A stretch of 64,000 bases of DNA from Armatimonadota bacterium. Lineage in GTDB: Bacteria; Sysuimicrobiota; Sysuimicrobiia; Sysuimicrobiales; Sysuimicrobiaceae. Shown in pieces: positions 33,763-44,435 of this stretch. Position numbers and translations under genes: made by a program. Every line of letters begins with the position of its first letter. Position 1 is the first letter of the stretch. The notes beneath the pieces are model-generated. The model was not told the DNA's origin. It was given only the letters and a program-made list of their open reading frames with translations, and did not search any database. The stretch covers positions 65,588-129,587 of the forward strand of contig JANXCW010000001.1 in the NCBI GenBank assembly GCA_025059775.1, given 5' to 3'.

Positions 33763-36700
33763 ATGAGCGATCGGGTCCTGGTCATCGGAGACGGCATCGC
33801 GGGCATCCAGGCGGCCCTGGACTTGGCCCGGGCCGGCGCTCGGGTGACCTTGGTGGAGCGGGCCCCCACCATCGGGGGCAAGATGTCCGTGCTGGACAAG
33901 AACTTTCCCACCTTGGACTGCTCCATCTGCATCGAGGCCCCCAAGATGTCCGAGGTGGAGCAACACCCCAACATCGAGGTCCTGGCGCCGGCGGAGGTGG
34001 AGCAGGTGGAAGGGCAGGCGGGGGCCTTCCGGGTCACCATCCGCCAGAGGTCCCGGTTCGTCACGGACGAGTGCACCCGCTGTGACCTGTGCACCCAGGT
34101 ATGCCCCATGGTGCTGCCCAACGAGTTCACCGCCTCCATGGGGGTCCGCCGGGCCATCTACACCCCCATTCCGCAGGCGGTGCCCGGCGCGTACCTCGTG
34201 GACATCGAGAACTGCCTCAACGACCCGCCCAACTATCTCCTCTGCCAGCGATGCGTGGAGGCCTGCCCTCCCAAGTGCATCGACTTCCTCATGCCCCGCA
34301 CCCGCTCCACGGTCCGGGAAGTCGGCGCCATCCTCGTGGCCACGGGCTATGAACTGTTTCACCCCGCGGCCCTGCGCGCCTACGGCTACGGGACCCACCC
34401 CGACATCCTCACCTCCCTGGAGTTCGAGCGCCTCCTGACCTCCGCAGGACCCACGGGCGGAGAGATCCTCCGGCCCTCGGACGGCAGGCCCCCCGCAACC
34501 TGCTGTTCGTCCTGTGTGGGCTCCCGGGACCGGCGCTTCTATCCGTACTGCTCGCGGTTCTGCTGCATGTACTCCATCAAGCACGCGTTCCAGGCCCTGG
34601 ACCACGGCATCCGGGACGTGACGGTGCTGTACATGGACGTGCGGGCCTACGGGAAGGGCTTCGATGCCTTCTGGGACCGTGCGCGCCGCGAGGGTGCGAG
34701 GTTCGTCCGCGGGCGCTCCGCCTCGATCCGGCCCAACGGCCAGGGTCTGCGGGTCCGGTACGAGGACACCCTGGCCGGGCAGATTCGGGAGGAGGACTAC
34801 GACATGGTGGTTCTAGCCCCCGCGGTGCGTCCGCCGCAGGGGCTTGCGGAGCTGGCCCGGATCCTGGGGTGTGGAGCTGGACCAAGACGGGTTCATCAAG
34901 GCGGCGGAGGAGCGCGGAGGCCTGCTGTACACCACCCGCCCCGGCATCTACGTGGCCGGGTGCGCCGCGGGTCCCAAGGACATCCCGGATAGCGTGGCGG
35001 AAGCGGGGGCGGCCGCCGCGGCAAGCCTCGTCCACCTCACGGGGCGCAGCTGGCCCGAGGAGCCCCTGCTAGAGCCCGTCCGGGACGTGGACAAGCCCCG
35101 GGTGGGGGTGTTCGTGTGCCACTGCGGGAGCAACATCGCGGGCGTGGTGGACGTCCCGCAGGTGGTGGAGTTCGCCCGCACCCTGCCGGACGTGGTGTGG
35201 GCTCAGGACCAGATGTTCAGCTGCGCGGGTGTGCCCCAGCAGGAGATCGCCCAGGCCATCCGCGAGAAGGGGATCAACCGGGTGGTGGTGGCCGCCTGCT
35301 CTCCCAATACCCACGAAGGGACCTTCCGGGGGGTCCTGGTGCGGGCCGGCCTGAACCCCTACCTGCTGGAGATGGTGAACCTCCGGAACCAGGACTCCTG
35401 GGTGCACAAGGGCTCCCGGGAGGAGGCCACGGAGAAGGCCAAGGACATGGTGCGCATGGGGGGTGGAAAAGGCGCGCCGGCTTCAGCCCCTGGAGCCCCG
35501 CACCCAGCCCGTGGTGCAGCGCGCCCTGGTGATCGGGGGCGGGATTGCGGGCATGGCCGCGGCCGCCAACCTGGCCCGTCAGGGGTCCGAGACGCACCTG
35601 GTGGAGCGAGAGCCGGAACTGGGAGGCACCCTGCGCCATCTTGACACCCTGTGGCCCTCGGGGCTTCCCGCCCGGGAGGTTCTCCGGGGTGCACGGGAAG
35701 ACCTTCTGCAGGCGGGCGTGCACGTCCACCTGAACACGGAGGTGGAGGTCATCGGGGGATACGTGGGGAACTTCTCCGTCCGCCTGCGGAACGGGGAGGA
35801 GCTCCAGGTGGGCGCGGTGATCCTCGCCACGGGTGCGCAGCCCTACACGCCCACGGAGTTCCGCTATGGCCAGGATCCCCGGGTCATCACCAACCTGGAG
35901 CTGGAGCGGGTTCTCCACCAGGTGGACGCCCACCCCATCACCTTCGTGTCCTGTGTGGGCTCCCGCCAGGGCCCCATGGGGTGCTCCCGGTACTGCTGCG
36001 CCTCCATGATCGGTCAGGCGCTCGCATTGCGCCGGCGCGGCAAGCACGTGCGCGTCCTCTCCAAGTACATCCGCACCTACAGCCGGCAGGCGGAGGAACT
36101 GTACGAGCAGGCCATGCGGGAGGGCGTGTTCTTCCTGCGTTATGCCAGCGACCTCCCGCCGCAGGAGGCGATCCACTTCGAGGACGGCGTGGTGCGCTTC
36201 CGCGACGAGCTCTCCGGAGCCACCGTGCACCTGCCCACGGACCTGCTGGTCCTGGTGGTGGGCCTGCGGCCTGAAACCCTCACGGACCAGCTGAAGCTGG
36301 CCCACAGCGAGGACGGCTTCTTCCTGGAGCTGCACCCCAAGCTGGGACCCGCGGAGACCGCGGTCCAGGGTGTCTACCTGGCCGGGGCAGCGCAGGCACC
36401 CAAGGACGTACGGGATACGGTCTCGCAGGCCCTGGCGGCCGCAGCGAAGGCGGGAGGGCTCCTCTCCCGGGGCTCCATCGGGAAGGAGCCTCTCACCGCG
36501 GTGGTCGACCCCGACCGGTGCATTGGGTGCATGCTCTGTGTCCCTGCCTGTCCCTTCGGCGCCATCGAGATGCCCTACTTCACCAAGGAGCAGATCCTGG
36601 CACAGATCGACGCGGCCCTGGCGGACCGTCCACAGGAGAAGGTCCTGGTGTTCGCCTGCAACTGGTGCTCCTATGCCGGCGCGGACCAGGCGGGCATCGA

Positions 36701-37058
36701 GAAGTTGCAGTACCCGCCCTCGGCCCGCATCATCCGCACCATGTGCTCGGTCCGGGTGGAGCACGACTTCGTGGTCCGGGCCTTCGAACGGGGGGCGGGT
36801 GCGGTGCTGATCACGGGATGCCGGCTCACGGAGCAGGGATCTGACTGCCACTACAACTATGCCAACCGGCACACCGCGAAGCGGTTCGAGCTGTGGAAGA
36901 AGAAGTTCGTGCGGCAGGGGGTCGCGCCGGAGCGGTTCCAGCTCCAGTGGATCTCCGCCTCGGAGGGCAAGCTGTTCGCCAGCAAGATGGCGGAGATGCA
37001 CCGGGTGGTGCAGGAGTACTGTCGCCAGCTTGCCGCCGCTCGGGGAAGCCAGCCATGA
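33763..37058 (+). pseudogene. hdrA: Heterodisulfide reductase subunit A-like flavoprotein fused to a C-terminal MvhD domain, with multiple frameshifts
   Basis: LDKNFPTLDCSIC, CVGSRD, VFVCHCG.NI, VAACSP and MvhD F.CNWCSY.GAD. Frameshifts in G-runs at about 34866 and 35460, compensating indels at about 34490-34520, and one ferredoxin motif missing near 36573. Confidence 0.88.
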
Positions 37059-38208
37059 GCACGGCCGTGCCCGTGGAGGTCACCTTCGACGACGCCACCT
37101 GGGAACGCCTCTTCCGGATCACGGGCGGTGCGTTCGCTCCCTGCTTCAGCTGCGGGGTGTGCACCGCCGCCTGTCCCTGGGGCTTCGTGGGCGGTGGCCG
37201 GCTCAATATCCGGGAGGTGGTCCGAAAGATTCAGCTGGGGCTGGAACTGGACCCCACAGACACCCTCTGGCGCTGCACTACCTGCGCCGCGTGCGTGGCG
37301 GGATGTCCCCTGGGGTGGACACCCCGGAGGGCATGGTGCGGCTCCGCGCCAAGGCCTGGCGGGAGGGCCGCGTTCCCCGGAACCTGCACGGGGTGCTGTG
37401 GGCGGTGCACTGGGACGGCAGTCCTTACCGCCGCCCACCCACCCACCGGGCCCGGTGGGCGAAGGACTTGGACGTGCCGCGGTTCGCCCCGGACCATGAG
37501 GTTCTGTATTACGTGGGCTGCACCCCCTCGTACGACCGCCGCATCCAGAAGGTGGCCCGGAGCTTGGTGGAGATCCTGCGGCGCAGCGGGGTCTCCTTCG
37601 GCATCCTGGGGGAGCGGTGCTGCGGGGAGAGCGTCTACGTGCTGGGGCACGACACGTACCTGCGCCGGTACGTGGAGGAACACGCGAAGCTGCTCGCGGA
37701 GGCGGGGGTGTGGACTCTGGTGACCACCTCCCCGCACTGCTTTGACATGTTCCGCCGCTTCTACCCAGACCTCAGCGGGCGCTTCCGCCCCCTGCACCAC
37801 ACCCAGTACCTGGCCGCCTTGGTGGAGGACGGGCGGCTGCGGTTCACCCGGGAGCTGCACGTACGGGTGACCTACCACGATCCCTGCTACCTGGGCCGAC
37901 GACACGGGATCTACGACGAGCCACGGAGACTCCTGACGGCCATCCCGGGCGTGGAGCTGGTGGAGATGCGGGACCACCAGGAGGAGGCCCTGTGCTGCGG
38001 CGGCGGAGGCGGGAGGATGTGGATGGAGACGCCGGCCGAGGAGCGGTTCAGCAACCTGCGGGTTCAGCAGGCCGTGGAGGCCGGAGCCGAGGTGCTGGCC
38101 ACCGCCTGCCCGCACTGCGTCCTGTGCCTGGAAGACAGCGTCAAGGTCCTGGGCGTGCAGGGGCTGCAGGTGATGGACGTGGTGGAGGTGATGGCGCAGG
38201 CCCTGTAG
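37055..38208 (+). pseudogene. HdrC/HdrD-like (GlpC/CCG-domain) Fe-S oxidoreductase, frameshifted
   Basis: CFSCGVCTAACP, CTTCAAC...CP, CCGES, YHDPCYLGR and CCGGGGG motifs. Frameshift in the G-run at about 37312-37316. Confidence 0.85.
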
Positions 38209-38219
38209 GAGGGATCGCC

Positions 38220-39258
38220 GTGGTGGAGTCCCTCTACCCACCCCGAGGAGGCGAAGGGGCTCTGGATCTACCTGGAGCAGACGGGCGGAAGCCTCGCGGG
38301 AGTGGGGCTGGAACTGTTGGGGAAGAGCCGGAGCCTTGCGGACGAACTCGGGGTGGAGCTGGTGGGCGTCCTGCTGGTCCACGGAGTGAACCCCCTCGCG
38401 GAGCAGGCCACCCGCTACGGCGCCGACGAGGTCCTGGTGGTGGACCATCCGCACTTGAGATCCTACCGGTTCGATCTGCACACGGACGTGCTCTTCCACC
38501 TCGCGTGCATCTACCGGCCCAGTATCCTGCTCCTGGGTGCCACCCCGAACGGCCGGGATCTCGCCGCCCGCCTGGCCGCCCGGCTGCGCACGGGGCTTGT
38601 GGCGGACTGTGTAGACCTGCGCATCGATCCACAGACCGGACTCCTGCTCGGGATCACCGCGGGCTTCGGAGGAGGGATCCTGGCCACCATCCAGTGTCCC
38701 CGCCATCGCCCTCAGATGGCCACGGTGCGACCCGGCGTGTTTCCGCAGCCCGCGCCACAGTCGCGTACGGGTACGGTCCGGCGGGTAGAGGCCCCCGTGG
38801 GCACCAGCTGCGTCGAAATCCTGGAGCGGAAGACGGGAACGGAGGAGGACCTCACCACCGCCAGAGTCCTGGTCGTCGGCGGTGGCGGCACGCGGGGCGA
38901 TTTCCGGCTTCTGCGGGAACTGGCGGACTTGATGGGAGGGCGGTTGGGCGCCACCTGGGTGGCGGTGGACGCCGCATGGGCACCCCGGGAGTGGCAGATC
39001 GGACAGACGGGATGCACCACGAGGCCGCAGCTGGCCGTGGTGTGCGGCGCGAGCGGTGCCACGCAGTTCACCGTGGGGATCGAGGCCGCCCAGGTTGTGG
39101 TGGCGGTGAACGTGGACGAGGAAGCTCCCATCTTCGAGCATGCAGACTACGGCATCCCCGACGACCGGTTCACGTTCCTGCCCGCCCTCATCGACCGGCT
39201 GCGCCGCATGAAACAGGAGGGAGATCCGTGCAGGGAATTCGCGTCCTCGTCTGCCTAA
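38220..39258 (+). pseudogene. etfA: Electron transfer flavoprotein alpha subunit with a 5' frameshift
   Basis: GRDLAARLAARL.TGL.ADC, PQMATVRPG, QIGQTG and APIFEHADYG motifs. The start region is out of frame with the gene body. Confidence 0.8.
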
Positions 39259-40023
39259 AGGTGGTTCCCAAGCCGGAGGAGGTGCGCATCAATCCGGATG
39301 GATCGGGCGCGGGCCCGCTCCGAAATCAACCCCCCGGACCTCAACGCCCTGGAGCTGGCCCTGCAGCTCAAAGACGAGTGGGACGGGTGGGTGGGGGTGG
39401 TCTCCATGGGTCCCCCCTTCTTCGAACCCTACCTCCGTACGGCGCTCGCCATGGGTGCGGACGCGGCGTTCCTGCTCAGCGATCGGCTCTTCGCGGGAGC
39501 GGATACGCTGGCCACCTCCTACACCCTGGCCCGCGGCATCGCCCGCATCGGGACCTACGACCTGGTGCTGTGCGGGGAGGAGTCCAGCGACGGGGCCACG
39601 GGGCAGGTGTCCGCTCAGATCGGGGAGTGGCTCGGAATTCCGCACGTCACGTATGCCTCCAGCGTCGACTTCCTCCCGGGAGCCCGCAAGGCAAGGATCC
39701 GCCGGGAGCTCGGAGGTGGCTACGAGGTGGTGGCGGTGCCCCTGCCCGCGGTGGTGTCCGTGCGGGTGGGTTCGAACGAGCCTCGATTCCTGGATCCCGT
39801 CCGAATGGCCTGGGCGGAGGATGCTCCGCTCACCGTATGGAGCGCCCGGGACCTGGAGGTGGATCTCGACCTCGTGGGGACCGCGGGATCTCCTACCGTG
39901 GTGGCCGCGGTTTGCGAGGCGCCCGCCCGCGAGCACAGGCGCGAGATCCTCCTGGGCACCCCCGAGGAGAAGGCGGACCTCCTCGTGGACCGCCTGCGAA
40001 ATCTGCTGCGCGAGCTCCTGTAA
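39228..40023 (+). pseudogene. etfB: Electron transfer flavoprotein beta subunit with a 5' deletion and frameshift
   Basis: VLVCLKVVP in one frame; INP.DLNALE, GADTLATS and DGATGQV in another. Junction at about 39299. Confidence 0.83.
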
Positions 40024-40100
40024 AGCTTTCCCCCTGCTGAACTCCACGCGTTCGCTTTCCCCCGGACACGCTCCGAGAAGACCCCAGCCATCGGGGTACC

Positions 40101-41714
40101 ATGGCAGAAGAGATCCGCGTGGGAGGAGGCGAAATGCCCGGTAGACCGAAGGAAGCCGTAGTGCGGCGTATGCGGGTGGCGCAAGGGCTGGAGCCCGCAG
40201 ATCTCGTGGTCCGCGGCGCCGTGGTGGTGAACGTATACACGGGGGAACTCCATCCCGACTCCGTGATCGCCACCAGCGGGGATCGCATCGCATACGTGGG
40301 GCCGCCCATCCAGGGTCTGACAGGGGAGAACACCCAGGTGCTGGACGCCAAAGGGCGGTACGCCATACCCGGTCTCATTGATGGCCACACGCACCTCCTG
40401 GGCGCCCGCTACTGCCCGGAGGAAGCGCTTCCCCGCATCTTAGCCTCCGGTACCACCTCCGTGGTCACGGAGCTCGCGGAGCCCGCTTCCGTGGTGGGCC
40501 TGGCGGGCATCCGGGCAGGGATGGAGGCGGTGCGGGACCAGCCCGTGAAGGTCTTCGTGACCCTCCCGCCCCTTGCCTGTGCCGCTTCCTTCATGGAGGA
40601 CGTGGCGCTCGAGCTGGAAGGGGTACCGGGAGCTCCTGCAGCGCCCAGAAGTCGTGGGACTCGGGGAGGTGTACTGGGGGAACCTCGTGCTGCGGGAGGA
40701 CCCGCGGATCCTGGACCTTGTGTCACGGCCCTGGAGGCCGGAAAGGTGGTGGAGGGACACGGAGCGGGAGCCCGGGGAGGCCGGCTGAGCGCGTACGCGG
40801 CCGCGGGGATCACCTCCTGCCACGAGCCCATCACCCCGGAGGAGGTCCTAGAGCGGCTGCGGATGGGCTACCACACCATGGTGCGAGAGGGAAAGGTCCG
40901 GCAGGAGATGGAGGCGGTGGCTTCCGAGTGGCGGGAAAGCGGCGTGGATCTGCGGCGGTTGTGCCTGGTAACCGACAGCGTAGCCGCGGATCAGCTGTTG
41001 GAACTGGGATACATGGACCACCTTCTGCGGAAAGCCATCCGTCTAGGCATGGACCCTGTCCGGGCCGTGCAGGCGGTCACCCTGAATGTGGCGGAGCACT
41101 CCCGGCTGGACCACCTGATCGGAGGACTTGCCCCCGGCCGGTACGCGGACCTTGTCCTCACCCCGGACCTGCGGGACTTCCGCGCGGAGGTGGTGGTGGC
41201 AAACGGCCGGGTGGTGGCGGAAGACGGTAAGGTTCTGGTGTCGTTCCGTCCTCCCCGGTATCTGGAGGCACTTTGCCGCACCGTGCCTCCTGCGTGCCTG
41301 GTTTCTCCGGACGCCCTGCGGGTCCCGGCCCCAGGCCGAAAGGGGTCCGTGCGGGTGCGGACGGGAGGCTATGCCACCACCATGGCCTGGGATGCGCATT
41401 GTCTGGTAGCTGTAGGGTGCTCCCCTGAGAACACGGCCCTGGCCATCCGGCTGGCGGTGGCGCTGGGGGGCGGATGCGCGGTGGTCAGTAGGGGAGAGAT
41501 CCGGGCGGAGCTCCCGGCCCCCGTGGCGGGGGTGGTCTCCACCCTCCCCCTGGAGGAGGTGGCGCGGCGGGAACGGGCGGTGGACCAGGTGCTGCGGGAG
41601 TTGGGAGCCGGTAGCCCTCGTCCTTCCCTCACGGTGGACGTCCTTACCGCGACCGCTATCCCGCATTTCAAGATCAGCGCGGGTACGTCCGGGTGCGGGA
41701 CGGAAGCGTGGTAG
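40101..41714 (+). pseudogene. ade: Adenine deaminase-like amidohydrolase, with frameshifts and deletions
   Basis: PGLIDGHTH, CHE, VTD and G.APGRYAD motifs. The 40620-40722 segment reads correctly only in another frame (GLGEVYW); the C-domain is shortened. Confidence 0.8.
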
Positions 41715-41842
41715 GGGTGTGGATAGAGGAGGCGGAAGCGAACGGAGGCCGGGGGCCTCCCGGTTCCAGGGGGTAAAGAAACCCCTCTCTTCGACCCAGG
41801 CACTCAGGGGCGAAGAGGCGAGTCTGGGGGCTCGAATTCCCG

Positions 41843-41918
41843 TGGTGCCTGGGGAGGGAGTCGAACCCCCGACACGGGGATTTTCAGTCCCCTGCTCTAC
41901 CACCTGAGCTACCCAGGC
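41843..41918 (-). tRNA. tRNA-Phe (GAA)
   Basis: Reverse complement GCCTGGGTAGCTCAGGTGGTAGAGCAGGGGACTGAAAATCCCCGTGTCGGGGGTTCGACTCCCTCCCCAGGCACCA; cloverleaf with encoded CCA. Confidence 0.97.
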
Positions 41919-41921
41919 CCA

Positions 41922-41999
41922 TGGCGGGGACGACGGGATTTGAACCCGCGATCTCCGGCGTGACAGGCCGGTGTGTTGACCAGGCTACACCACGCCCCC
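41922..41999 (-). tRNA. tRNA-Asp (GTC)
   Basis: Reverse complement GGGGGCGTGGTGTAGCCTGGTCAACACACCGGCCTGTCACGCCGGAGATCGCGGGTTCAAATCCCGTCGTCCCCGCCA. Confidence 0.97.
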
Positions 42000-42033
42000 G
42001 CCACCCGTAGTTTACGGAGTCCACTCCGAGAAG

Positions 42034-44289
42034 TCAAAAGCCCCGCAGGGCCCGCAGCACCCGCTCCGGGGTGATGGGAAGTTCCAGGACGCGCGCCCCC
42101 ACCGCGTCCCGGATGGCATTCGCCACAGCCCCCGCCCCGGGCACCACCGGCGGCTCACCCACGCCCCGCGCTCCAAACGGGCCATGAGGGCTAGGGACCT
42201 CCACCAGCACGCCCTGCATGGACGGGATGGTGGTCGCCCGGGGGAGCGCGTAATCCAGAAACGAGGTGGTGCGTGGGATCCCGCTGCGGTCGTAGAAGAT
42301 GGCCTCCCATAATCCCCATCCCAGGCCCTGCACCATCCCTCCGTACACCTGCCCCTCGATGAGCAGCGGATTGATGGCGCAGCCCACGTCCTGCGCGAGC
42401 ACTGCGTCCAGAACCCTGACCTGACCGGTCTCCGGATCTACCCGCACCCGCACCAGCTGCGCGGCGAAAGCGGGCGCCTGCTCTGTCTGCGCGGAGGTTC
42501 CCACCGCCCAAATGGGCTCGAACCTTCCCCCAAACCGCTGGGCGAGCCCCGCCAGCTCCGCAAGGCTCACCCGAGGCTCAGAGACCCCTCGCACGAAGAC
42601 GTACCCGTCCCGCAGTTCCAGATCCTCCACCGCGGCCTCCAGGACCTGGGCGGCCATGCGCAGGATCCGAGCCCGGGCCTCCTCCGCGGCGTACTGCACC
42701 GCCCGCCCCACGGTGTAGAGCACCTTGCTCCCCGCGCTGGCACCCGCGTACGGCGCGTGGTCCGTATCTCCCTGCACGATCCGGACCCGCTCCGGCGGAA
42801 CCCCGAGGATCTCGGCCACCAGCTGTCCGAGGGCCGTGTGGGTCCCTTGTAGGTCCACCGCGCCCACGTGCACCCGCACGCTCCCGTCCCGGTCCACGGA
42901 GCATGCGGCAGCCGCGGGCTCCAATCCCCCGGGCCATCCGCCCACCGCAAGCCCCAGTCCCTCTCCCGGCGTCCTCCGTCCCTCCCGCCACAGGGGATGC
43001 TCCTGAATCGCCAGCAGGCACGCGCGAAGCCCGATGCGGGGGTACCGTCGGCCATCGGGAAGCGCGTCCCCTTCCTGCAGGAGGTTCTGCAGGCGGAACT
43101 CCAGAGGGTCCAGCCCGAGCTGCCGGCTCATCTCGTCCATCTGGGACTCCAGGGCGAAGGCCGCTTGCGGGGATCCGGGTGCCCGGTACGCGCCGGTTCC
43201 GGGCTTGTGGGTGAGGACCTCGAACGCCTCGATCTCCAGGTGCGGGAACCGGTAGATCGCGCCCAGCAGGAAGGCCGCGATCCGGGCGGGAGAGCCGGGA
43301 AAGGCGCCCGCGTCGAACACCAGACGGGCCTGCAAGGCGGTCAGGGATCCGTCCCGGCGCACGCCGGTCCGGAGGGTGAGGATGGCACCGTGCACGGGGT
43401 TGCTCAGGAGGAACTCCTCGTGGCGGGTGAGCACGATCCGCACGGGCCTGCGGGTGTGGACCGCCAGGGCAGCCGCGAGGGTCTCCAGCAGGAGGAACTT
43501 CCCCCCGAACCCACCCCCCACTGGGGCGGGCACCACCCGTACCCGATGCTCGGGCCAGCCCAGAAACCGCGCTACCTCCTGCCGGACCCCGAAGGGGCTC
43601 TGGGTTCCGGTCCAGAGCGTCAGCGCCTCCCCTCCCGGATCCGGGATCGCCACGGTCGCGTGGGGTTCCAGGTATCCCTGATGCACCGAAGCGGTGCGGT
43701 ACGTGCGCTCGAGCACCAGATCCGCCTCCCCGAGTCCCCTCGCCACATCGCCCCGCGCGAACCGGACCCGGGCGGCCACGTTCGGAGAGCCCCTGGGGGT
43801 CTGCGCGGCGGGCTCTTCCGCCCCCGCCGCATGGGCTCCCGCATCCGCCCGCAGTCCCGGAATCCCCTCGGGCCAGACCGGAGGGGCCTCCTCCGCCAGG
43901 GCCTCCAGGGGATCCACCACCGCGGGCAGGGGATCCACCTCTACCTCCACCAGGGCCGCGGCATCCTCCGCGGCAACCTCTCGCTCTCCGAGGACCACGG
44001 CCACGGGCTGCCCCGCGTACACCACCCGTTCCCGGGCCAACAGGCCCGTGGCGTGGCTGTAGGGGGTTCCCTGGAACCACGGAAGATCCCGGGCGGTGAG
44101 CACCGCCACCACCCCCGGGACCGCCAGGGCCCGGTCCGTGCCGATGCGTCGGATGCGGCCGTGGGCCACCGGACTCAGGACGAGCCGGGCGTGCAGGAGA
44201 TCCGGGACCCCGAGATCCGCCGCAAACCGGAGGCGCCCCGAGACCTTTTCCCGCCCCTCCCGAAGCGGGATCCGGCGTCCGATCCACAT
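42034..44289 (-). CDS. Xanthine dehydrogenase/aldehyde oxidoreductase-family molybdopterin-binding large subunit
   Basis: EKVSGRLRFAAD, VGGGFGGK, AYRAPG, G..S.GS, D.G.AINP..IEGQ.YGG and GVGEPP motifs. Confidence 0.92.
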   Translation of the reverse strand: MWIGRRIPLREGREKVSGRLRFAADLGVPDLLHARLVLSPVAHGRIRRIGTDRALAVPGVVAVLTARDLPWFQGTPYSHATGLLARERVVYAGQPVAVVLGEREVAAEDAAALVEVEVDPLPAVVDPLEALAEEAPPVWPEGIPGLRADAGAHAAGAEEPAAQTPRGSPNVAARVRFARGDVARGLGEADLVLERTYRTASVHQGYLEPHATVAIPDPGGEALTLWTGTQSPFGVRQEVARFLGWPEHRVRVVPAPVGGGFGGKFLLLETLAAALAVHTRRPVRIVLTRHEEFLLSNPVHGAILTLRTGVRRDGSLTALQARLVFDAGAFPGSPARIAAFLLGAIYRFPHLEIEAFEVLTHKPGTGAYRAPGSPQAAFALESQMDEMSRQLGLDPLEFRLQNLLQEGDALPDGRRYPRIGLRACLLAIQEHPLWREGRRTPGEGLGLAVGGWPGGLEPAAAACSVDRDGSVRVHVGAVDLQGTHTALGQLVAEILGVPPERVRIVQGDTDHAPYAGASAGSKVLYTVGRAVQYAAEEARARILRMAAQVLEAAVEDLELRDGYVFVRGVSEPRVSLAELAGLAQRFGGRFEPIWAVGTSAQTEQAPAFAAQLVRVRVDPETGQVRVLDAVLAQDVGCAINPLLIEGQVYGGMVQGLGWGLWEAIFYDRSGIPRTTSFLDYALPRATTIPSMQGVLVEVPSPHGPFGARGVGEPPVVPGAGAVANAIRDAVGARVLELPITPERVLRALRGF

Positions 44290-44435
44290 CGCTTCCCTCC
44301 CTGCCGAGGATCTGCATGCTCCTCTAGGGTACCGCCCGCTCCCAGGGGCCGGGGAGGCTCCGCTTTCCCGTGGGAGCGCGTATCCTAGTGGGCAGAAAGC
44401 CGGCGGAAGTGGAGGGCGGGATGGAGGAAGGGCCG

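Noticed and set aside
31929-37316. Programmed frameshifting or phase variation at the G/C runs
   Set aside because: The runs are only 4-6 nt, occur in both directions, and coexist with irreversible deletions, so decay is more parsimonious.
30900-41918. Genomic island integrated at the tRNA-Phe 3' end, carrying the decayed operon
   Set aside because: No integrase, and no duplicated tRNA 3' end (att site) seen at the far side. Composition looks like the rest of the window.
42034-44289. Aerobic CO dehydrogenase large subunit (form I CoxL)
   Set aside because: It lacks the VAYRCSFR active-site loop, and there are no coxM/S/D/E/F/G neighbours.
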